The notes under the pieces were generated by a model. The model was given only the letters and a program-made list of their open reading frames with translations. It was not told where the DNA came from and did not search any database. The translations under genes were made by a program, and so were the position numbers. Of a stretch of 64,000 nucleotides of DNA, positions 57,408 to 64,000 are shown one piece after another. The stretch is taken from positions 282,303 to 346,302 of the forward strand of contig JAXHNJ010000002.1 in assembly GCA_034520665.1 (NCBI GenBank). Direction: 5' to 3'. The stretch's first letter is position 1, and every line of letters starts with the position of its first letter. This DNA comes from Patescibacteria group bacterium (lineage in GTDB: Bacteria; Patescibacteriota; Patescibacteriia; JAXHNJ01).

Positions 57408-60400
57408 TTATTTTTTGCTTTTTTTATCGGCTTCTTTTTCATCAGCTTTACCTATCTTTCCTGTTTTTGTCCCTGATCTATTATCTTCTGATTTTCTCTC
57501 TTCTTTAATCAATTCAACATCCAAAGCTAGGCCCTTAAGCTCTCTGACTAAAACATTAAATGATTCTGGTACATTAATTTTGTTTATTGATTCACCCTTA
57601 ATTACTGCCTCATAAGCTTTGGAACGTCCCGGCACATCATCTGATTTAATAGTCAGAATTTCCTGCAAGGTATAAGCGGCCCCATAGGCTTCTAGAGCCC
57701 AGACTTCCATTTCCCCAAAGCGCTGACCGCCAAATTGTGCTTTACCGCCAAGAGGTTGTTGGGTGACTAAAGAATAGGGACCAATTGAACGCTGATGAAT
57801 TTTATCTTCAACCATATGATTTAGTTTCAACATATAAATATAACCAACCATAATATCCTGATCAAATTTTTTGCCAGTACGTCCATCAATAAGCTTTAAT
57901 TTACCACTTTCAGAATAACCGGCCTTTTTTAATTCTTTTTTGATATATTTTTCCGGAATTCCGTCTAAAGCCGGGCTGGCTACCTTATAACCCAGTTTTT
58001 TGGCTGCTAATCCAATATGAGTTTCCAAAACCTGCCCCAAATTCATACGCGAAGCAATACCTAAGGGATTTAAAATAATATCTACGGGCGTGCCATCTTC
58101 AAGAAAAGGTAAATCTTCCTGAGCTACCACGCGGGAAATAACACCTTTATTACCGTGGCGGCCGGCCATTTTATCTCCTACTTGAATTTTACGTTGCTGA
58201 GCTACTGAAACTTCTATTTGTTTAATCACACCGGCCGGCAGTTTGTCACCTTTATCCCGAGAAAATATTTTTATATTAACAACCTTGCCCTGCTCACCAT
58301 GTTCCAAATAAAGTGACGAATCCTTAACGTCTTTAGCTTTTTCACCAAAAATTGCTCTTAATAATTTTTCTTCGGCTGACAATTCAGTTTCACCTTTGGG
58401 AGTAATTTTACCGACTAGAATATCACCCGAGGAAACTTTAGCCCCGATGCGAATTACCCCTTCTTCATCTAAATCTTTTAGTTTTTCTTCACTGACATTA
58501 GGAATATCACGGGTAACTACTTCCGGCCCAATTTTGGTATCACGTACATCTACTGAATAATTTTCTATATGAATAGAAGTATAATAATCTTCACGCACCA
58601 AGCGCTCTGATATCAAAATAGCATCCTCATAATTTCCACCTTCCCAAGACATAAAAGCGACCAGTACATTTTGTCCCAGAGATAATTCACCGTTTTCAGT
58701 AGCTGCTCCATCAGCAATGATATCTCCTTTTTTTATTTTATCCTTTCGGTTAACTATTGGTTTTTGATTAATACAAGTGGAAGCATTTGATCGGGAAAAT
58801 TTTCTTAAAGGGTATTCAACTAAATTATCTTTTTCTTCTTCCAAGATAGTAATTTTATCGCCGGTCACATTTTCTACTTTTCCGCTTACCTCACTAACTA
58901 CCACCTGGCCAGAGTCTTTAGCCGCTCTCATTTCTACTCCAGTGGCCACTACTGGCGCCTTGGGATTAATCAAAGGAACAGCCTGACGTTGCATATTTGA
59001 ACCCATTAAAGCCCTAACCGCATCATCATTTTCTAAAAAAGGAATTAAAGAAGTGGAGACTGAAACAATCTGTTTGGGCGAAACATCCATTAAATCAATA
59101 ACATTAACCGAATCCATAACCGGTTTACCGTATTTTCGGACCTCTGCTCTGTCATTAATAAAATAACCATCTTCATCATAAGGGGTAGTAGCCGCCGTAG
59201 TCACATAATGTTCTTCCTCAAAAGCATCCAAGCTGACTATTTCATCAGTTACCCGAGATTTAACCGGTATTTTTTTCAAACTAGTTTTGACTATTTCTTT
59301 AGCTTTTTCTTGAGTTATTTTATCACCTGATTTTACTATTATTTCCTTAGCTTCAGGATCTTTAATATCTTCTCGGGCTATTTCCCCTTCTATCTCTGTT
59401 ACTTTATTAATTGGATCATGTTTAACCTTCCTGAAAGAAGTTTCAATAAAGCCAAAATCATTAATATGAGCATAACTGGCTAGATGACCCACCAGACCGA
59501 TATTGGGACCTTCCGGCGTAGCAATCGGACAAATACGGCCGTAGTGAGTACGATGTACATCGCGCACATCAAAACCAGCTCTTTCCCGAGAAAGACCTCC
59601 CGGCCCCATAGCAGACAGACGACGTTTATGTTCTAGTTCAGCCAAAGGATTAGTCTGGTCCATAAACTGTGAAAGCTGAGAAGACATAAAAAATTCTTTG
59701 ACTACACCAATAATTGGACGAGCGTTAACTAATTGATTGGGCGTTAAACTGCTAATATCTTTGGTGCTCATTCTATCCTTAACTATTCTTTCCATTCTAG
59801 CTAAGCCCACCCGGAATTTATTCTGTACCAATTCGCCAATAGCTCTTACCCGACGGTTACCTAAATGATCAATATCATCAGAGCCTTTTTGAGAATTATT
59901 CAAACGAATAATTTCTTTTATAATATTTATTAGATCTTTCTTTTTTAAAACACGGTGTTCTTTAGTTAGGGGATATTTAGTATCAAATCTTTGATTTAAT
60001 TTATAACGTCCAACCTTGGCAAAGTCGTAACGGTCAAAAGAAAAAAACATTTTAAAAATTAAGTCACGGGCGTTATCAACCGTAGCCAAGTCACCCGGGC
60101 GTATTCTTTTATAAACTTCTTTCAATCCTTCACTTTCGTTACGTGAAACATCTTTTTCTATAGTCGCTTCAATATATTTATCTGATGGATGATTATCAAC
60201 ATCCTTAAATAAATCTATAATTTCTTCATTAGAAGAATAGCCAAAAGCCCGAAACAAAGCACTAATCGGCACTTTTCTTTTGCGGTCTATTTTTACATTA
60301 ATTATATTTTTTTTATCCGTTTCAATTTCCAGCCAAGCTCCGCGATTAGGAATTATCTTAGCCCCATAAAAATTTCTTCCCTTTTCAAAGTTAGAAGTAA

Positions 60401-60821
60401 AAAAAACGCCAGCCGAACGGATAAGCTGACTAACAATGGCTCTTTCAATACCATTAATAATGAAGGTGCCTCGGTTTGTCATTAATGGAAAATCACCCAG
60501 AAAAATTTCTTGTTCTTTAATTTCACCAGTTTTCTTATTATGTAGGCGGGTCTGTACACGCAGAGGTGCTTCATAAGTTACATTTTTATTCTTAGCTTTA
60601 ACTTCATCAAATTTTGGTTCGTCAATATAATAATCAAAAAAATCGAGCTCAAGATCACGGCCAATAAAATCTTTTATTGGCGAAATTTCCTCAAAAAGCT
60701 CTTTTAAACCTTCACGAAAAAACCAGTCATAAGATTTTTTTTGGATTTCAATTAGATGAGGCAGCTCTATGGCTTCGTGAAGTTTGGTAAATACTTTTCT
60801 TCCTTGATATTTATCTGACAT
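57408..60821 (-). CDS. rpoB: DNA-directed RNA polymerase subunit beta
   Basis: It is 1137 aa with conserved RpoB regions. It lies 11 nt upstream of rpoC. Confidence 0.97.
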   Translation of the reverse strand: MSDKYQGRKVFTKLHEAIELPHLIEIQKKSYDWFFREGLKELFEEISPIKDFIGRDLELDFFDYYIDEPKFDEVKAKNKNVTYEAPLRVQTRLHNKKTGEIKEQEIFLGDFPLMTNRGTFIINGIERAIVSQLIRSAGVFFTSNFEKGRNFYGAKIIPNRGAWLEIETDKKNIINVKIDRKRKVPISALFRAFGYSSNEEIIDLFKDVDNHPSDKYIEATIEKDVSRNESEGLKEVYKRIRPGDLATVDNARDLIFKMFFSFDRYDFAKVGRYKLNQRFDTKYPLTKEHRVLKKKDLINIIKEIIRLNNSQKGSDDIDHLGNRRVRAIGELVQNKFRVGLARMERIVKDRMSTKDISSLTPNQLVNARPIIGVVKEFFMSSQLSQFMDQTNPLAELEHKRRLSAMGPGGLSRERAGFDVRDVHRTHYGRICPIATPEGPNIGLVGHLASYAHINDFGFIETSFRKVKHDPINKVTEIEGEIAREDIKDPEAKEIIVKSGDKITQEKAKEIVKTSLKKIPVKSRVTDEIVSLDAFEEEHYVTTAATTPYDEDGYFINDRAEVRKYGKPVMDSVNVIDLMDVSPKQIVSVSTSLIPFLENDDAVRALMGSNMQRQAVPLINPKAPVVATGVEMRAAKDSGQVVVSEVSGKVENVTGDKITILEEEKDNLVEYPLRKFSRSNASTCINQKPIVNRKDKIKKGDIIADGAATENGELSLGQNVLVAFMSWEGGNYEDAILISERLVREDYYTSIHIENYSVDVRDTKIGPEVVTRDIPNVSEEKLKDLDEEGVIRIGAKVSSGDILVGKITPKGETELSAEEKLLRAIFGEKAKDVKDSSLYLEHGEQGKVVNIKIFSRDKGDKLPAGVIKQIEVSVAQQRKIQVGDKMAGRHGNKGVISRVVAQEDLPFLEDGTPVDIILNPLGIASRMNLGQVLETHIGLAAKKLGYKVASPALDGIPEKYIKKELKKAGYSESGKLKLIDGRTGKKFDQDIMVGYIYMLKLNHMVEDKIHQRSIGPYSLVTQQPLGGKAQFGGQRFGEMEVWALEAYGAAYTLQEILTIKSDDVPGRSKAYEAVIKGESINKINVPESFNVLVRELKGLALDVELIKEERKSEDNRSGTKTGKIGKADEKEADKKSKK

Positions 60822-61166
60822 CAGCCAATGTACTTTCTTCCCTCTTTATTATAAAATTTATTATAAAAGAGGTGCCTGGACTTTACTCAAAGTCCTTAAA
60901 TTTAAAATACCTACACTAAATAGGTTTTTTACTTAAACTTGTTATTTAATTGTCTAAAATAGTATTTAAAACCAGTTTTTTGACAATATTTTAGGTAAAG
61001 CTGTTAGATAATATAACTTAATATTACTTAAATGTCAAATTTATTGAGGAAAAAAACCAAAATAATTAATTTTTACTTTTATTTACCTAATATTAGGTAT
61101 TTTTAACTGAGATAATAAAAACTCATTTATTAAAATAACTCATCTATCACCAGTTTTTCCACAATT

Positions 61167-62480
61167 TTACCTCTTTTTGGTTAATATTTCTTTAATTACT
61201 TTTCTGTCGTCCCATGGTATTTTTTGGCCTTTATCCACACATATAGCCTGCTCAGCCCCTTTCCCCGTAATAATAACTAAATCACCAGCCTGAGCTTTAT
61301 TGAGCGCTGTTTCTATGGCTTTTTTACGGTTAACAATTTTAAATAAATCAAGATCCTCCTTTTTTCCTGATTTTTCGGCTCCTTTAGCCACCTGATCAAT
61401 AATTGATTCAGGTTTCTCATCATAAGGGTCTTCATTAGTCACTATCACCAAGCTAGCTTTTTTCCCCGCTATTTGACCTAAAACAGGCCGGCGTGATTTA
61501 TCTCGGCCACCACCGCAAGAACCAAGAACATGAATAATTCTTTTTTTATCTATTAAATCAATTACTTCATACATCTTTCTTAAAGAAACCGGCTCAGGAG
61601 CATAATCCACTATGACTTTAAAATCCTGACCCTCTCTGATAAATTCCATACGACCTGGCAATGTTTCCACTCGTTCCAGGGCGGTTTTAATTTTTTCTAA
61701 AGCTATAGACTGACTTAAGCCTACAGCTACTGCTGCTAAAGCATTATAAATATTAAATTTACCTAGAAGTTTTAAATTAAATTCCTTTCCTTTAACAACA
61801 AAACGACTGCCTTCCTTTTCTGCTACATAATTTTCTGGAATAACAGAAATATTCTTAGCTGCTTTATTTTCTAAACCATAAACATATTTTTTATCAGCTT
61901 CAAAAGAAAGAAAATAGGAAGAAGCTTTATCATCTAAATTAACAATACTTGTTTTTTCTATTTCTTTACCTTTGATATTTTTTTTATAACTTTTACTTAA
62001 ACTTTTAAATAATTCCCCTTTAGCTTTTTTATAATTTTCAAAAGAACCATGAGACTCAATATGCTCTGGGGTTAAATTAGTAAACACTACCAGGTCATAA
62101 TCAAGGCCTAAATGACGAAACTGTTTAATCCCTTCTGATGAGGTTTCAATAACAGCGTATTGGCATTTTTCCTGATACATTTTCTGTAATAATTTCTGCA
62201 GCTGAAAACGACCAAGCATAGTCATCTTTTTTTTATTGGGCCATTTTTTTTTACCAATTTTAAAATTATAGCTAGAAGTCAAACCGACTAAATAACCTTC
62301 CTCCTCTAAAACCCGAGCTATTAAATTAACTACTGTTGATTTGCCGTTAGTGCCGGTTACTCCAATAACAACCATCTTTCTAGAAGGATAATGGTAAAAA
62401 AAAGCAGCCAGTTTAGCTAAACTTAAGTGGTAAAGAGATATTAAAAATTCTGGAACAAATTTTTTAATAAAATTTTTCAT
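61167..62480 (-). CDS. Mur ligase family protein (MurE/MurF/CapB-like)
   Basis: The ATP-binding motif GVTGTNGKST and Mur ligase central and C-terminal domains are present. It is 437 aa. Confidence 0.6.
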   Translation of the reverse strand: MKNFIKKFVPEFLISLYHLSLAKLAAFFYHYPSRKMVVIGVTGTNGKSTVVNLIARVLEEEGYLVGLTSSYNFKIGKKKWPNKKKMTMLGRFQLQKLLQKMYQEKCQYAVIETSSEGIKQFRHLGLDYDLVVFTNLTPEHIESHGSFENYKKAKGELFKSLSKSYKKNIKGKEIEKTSIVNLDDKASSYFLSFEADKKYVYGLENKAAKNISVIPENYVAEKEGSRFVVKGKEFNLKLLGKFNIYNALAAVAVGLSQSIALEKIKTALERVETLPGRMEFIREGQDFKVIVDYAPEPVSLRKMYEVIDLIDKKRIIHVLGSCGGGRDKSRRPVLGQIAGKKASLVIVTNEDPYDEKPESIIDQVAKGAEKSGKKEDLDLFKIVNRKKAIETALNKAQAGDLVIITGKGAEQAICVDKGQKIPWDDRKVIKEILTKKR

Positions 62481-62743
62481 CGAAATTCCATTACTGCTTT
62501 TTTATCCTCGCTGGTTAAGCGATTCAAAGTATAAGTAATATCCTCATTTCTGATTATTTCATAATCATCACCATCCCACTCAAAAGTCGCCCGACCGTAA
62601 TTTTTAGCAAAAAAGAAAAGCCCTTCTACCCATTCCGGATCAGAATTCTGTAAATATTCAATAGCCGAGATATCACCTTTTATCTGATGTACTCCAATAA
62701 GCATCGGTTTTTCAGTTATTTTTTCACGCTTAAAAAATGCCAT
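62477..62743 (-). CDS. Hypothetical protein (88 aa)
   Basis: It overlaps the upstream gene by 4 nt, which suggests translational coupling. No family was recognised. Confidence 0.4.
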   Translation of the reverse strand: MAFFKREKITEKPMLIGVHQIKGDISAIEYLQNSDPEWVEGLFFFAKNYGRATFEWDGDDYEIIRNEDITYTLNRLTSEDKKAVMEFR

Positions 62744-62792
62744 AAAAATAATAAATTTAGAGTTTTATTTTAACAAAATATTAAATAATAAT

Positions 62793-63254
62793 CTAGTTCT
62801 TGCTCTTTGTTTTAAAAAATAGCCAGGCCTTTTTACCAAAAGAGCTGCCTTTAGGCTTTACCAAGACATATTCACCCTTTAATTTATTTCCTTTTAAAAT
62901 AAATTTAAATTCATTTTTCTTTTTTTCTTCCATTTTGTATCGGCCCTTATCCCATATTTCTACTTGCCCGGCGCCATAATTGCCTTGGGGAATTTCGCCG
63001 GCAAAATTAATATAATCAATTGGATGATCCTCAACCTGCATAGCCAGACGTTTGATCCCGGCCTTTTGGGGCGGTTTTTTGGGAATAGCCCAGGATTTTA
63101 AAACACCATCCATTTCCAGGCGAAAATCATAATGAAGATTAGTAGCGGCGTGTTTTTGGATAACAAAACGATTTTCTTTTTTCTTCTCCTTTTTACCTTT
63201 CGGCTCCGGACTTTGTCTAAAATCCCTTTTTTGCTTGTATTTTTTTAAAGACAT
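62793..63254 (-). CDS. Stand-alone LigD-type 3'-phosphoesterase (PE) domain protein
   Basis: The motif RFVIQKHAATNLHYDFRLEMDGVLKSWAIPK matches the LigD PE domain signature. Confidence 0.7.
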   Translation of the reverse strand: MSLKKYKQKRDFRQSPEPKGKKEKKKENRFVIQKHAATNLHYDFRLEMDGVLKSWAIPKKPPQKAGIKRLAMQVEDHPIDYINFAGEIPQGNYGAGQVEIWDKGRYKMEEKKKNEFKFILKGNKLKGEYVLVKPKGSSFGKKAWLFFKTKSKN

Positions 63255-63263
63255 CTAATACTT

Positions 63264-63533
63264 TTATATTTTATAAACAATATAACCTTCTCTTACCGGT
63301 TCATCCACTTTCGTACCAACACTATGGCCCTTTTTAGCTGACTCAATTTCTTCATGCTCAACCTGCATTGATTCAACCTTTTGTTCAAACTCCCGATCAC
63401 CGCCTTGAATGCGTATTTTTTCTCCTTTTTTTAAGCCCTCTTCAGTTAACTCAATCACGGCTACATTAATTTTATTAAAGTAGTGAGTGACTTTGCCAAT
63501 TAATTCTCCTTTATTATTTTTCTCTTCAGACAT
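63264..63533 (-). CDS. Hypothetical small beta-rich protein (89 aa)
   Basis: The ORF has good coding character. No family was recognised. Confidence 0.35.
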   Translation of the reverse strand: MSEEKNNKGELIGKVTHYFNKINVAVIELTEEGLKKGEKIRIQGGDREFEQKVESMQVEHEEIESAKKGHSVGTKVDEPVREGYIVYKI

Positions 63534-63582
63534 TTATTATCACCTCCCTTCTTTATAAAAATATTAAACAAAAAATATAATC

Positions 63583-63993
63583 CTAGCCTTCTATAATCTT
63601 TAAGATCACTCTCCTCTCTGACCTGGGTCCATCTAACTCCACTAAAAATATATCCTGCCAAGTGCCCCGCACCAGCATAGCTTGGGTAATCGGAAAAAAT
63701 ATTTCCGGCCCTAAAATAGAAGCCATAATATGAGCCCGGGCGTTATTATCAATCTGGTCGTGCTTGTACTTAATGTTATCCGGAGCTAAAGCTAAAATTC
63801 TTGTTAAAATATCCTCTTTCACTCCTGACTCATTTTCATTGGCTATTAAGGCCGCTGTGGCATGCGGTACAAAAATATAACAAACTCCTTCTTCTATTCC
63901 TGAATTTCTAACAAACTCATCCACTTCACTGGAAATATTAACCAGGCCAAATTGTCCCTTGGTTGAAAGTTTTAATTCTTTATATTTTGCCAT
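63583..63993 (-). CDS. yjbQ: YjbQ/UPF0047 family protein
   Basis: The motifs HATAAL.ANENESGV.EDI and GTWQDIFLVELDGPR.RRV are present. Confidence 0.75.
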   Translation of the reverse strand: MAKYKELKLSTKGQFGLVNISSEVDEFVRNSGIEEGVCYIFVPHATAALIANENESGVKEDILTRILALAPDNIKYKHDQIDNNARAHIMASILGPEIFFPITQAMLVRGTWQDIFLVELDGPRSERRVILKIIEG

Positions 63994-64000
63994 ACTCTTA

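Noticed and set aside
53708-58986. Small plus-strand ORFs and the 70 aa minus-strand ORF inside rpoC and rpoB
   Set aside because: They are antisense or alternative frames within two of the most conserved bacterial genes.

Overview
This is a low-GC (~33%), gene-dense bacterial window that uses the standard genetic code (uvrC ends in TGA). The gene content looks like a streamlined CPR/Patescibacteria-like genome. Supporting signs are an orphan peptide-binding protein, Asn-rich anchored proteins, a bacterial Elp3, a split LplA, and rpoBC without rplJL upstream. The lineage call is an inference.

The housekeeping backbone is clear. It includes ppsA, groES-groEL with a perfect CIRCE operator, uvrA and uvrC, secG, RNase J, trpS, murI and a phosphohexomutase. 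It also holds glyA-folD, ychF, rpsF-ssb-rpsR-efp, recA, rodZ-like, ftsK, rpoB-rpoC, tRNA-Ser(GGA) and tRNA-Leu(CAG).

Three accessory areas deserve follow-up.

1. A seven-gene plus-strand operon at 1-5918 encodes three proteins carrying thioredoxin-fold domains, one fused to a CcdA/DsbD-like membrane transporter. It also encodes GcvH, a CoA-disulfide-reductase-family flavoprotein, LipA, and a split lipoate-protein ligase (catalytic LplA-N plus a separate LplA-C). No other glycine-cleavage or 2-oxoacid dehydrogenase genes are in the window. I propose that lipoyl-GcvH acts as a dithiol redox carrier that delivers reducing power to the cell envelope.

2. The ftsK-rpoC junction (50385-53760) carries a tandem ~0.5 kb duplication. 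Each copy holds the rpoC 3' end, a terminator, a σ70 promoter and a ~160 nt structured leader with a terminator/anti-terminator. Each copy is followed by a different cassette: a secreted protein plus a 65-68 aa partner. Copy B carries a chimeric ftsK::rpoC scar at a T-run microhomology.

3. The 650 bp gap at 38000-38650, which the ORF track leaves empty, is a frameshifted, start-less CYTH (CyaB-like) gene. It sits in a Nudix-HD-CYTH cluster.

Other notable items are a solo IS200/IS605-type tnpA with GNRA hairpins, a recently converted thioredoxin module (about 90% nucleotide identity over ~240 bp), partial tRNA duplications next to both tRNAs, and two Asn-rich anchored proteins with thrombospondin-type-3 calcium-binding repeats. 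There are no rRNA genes and no CRISPR array.
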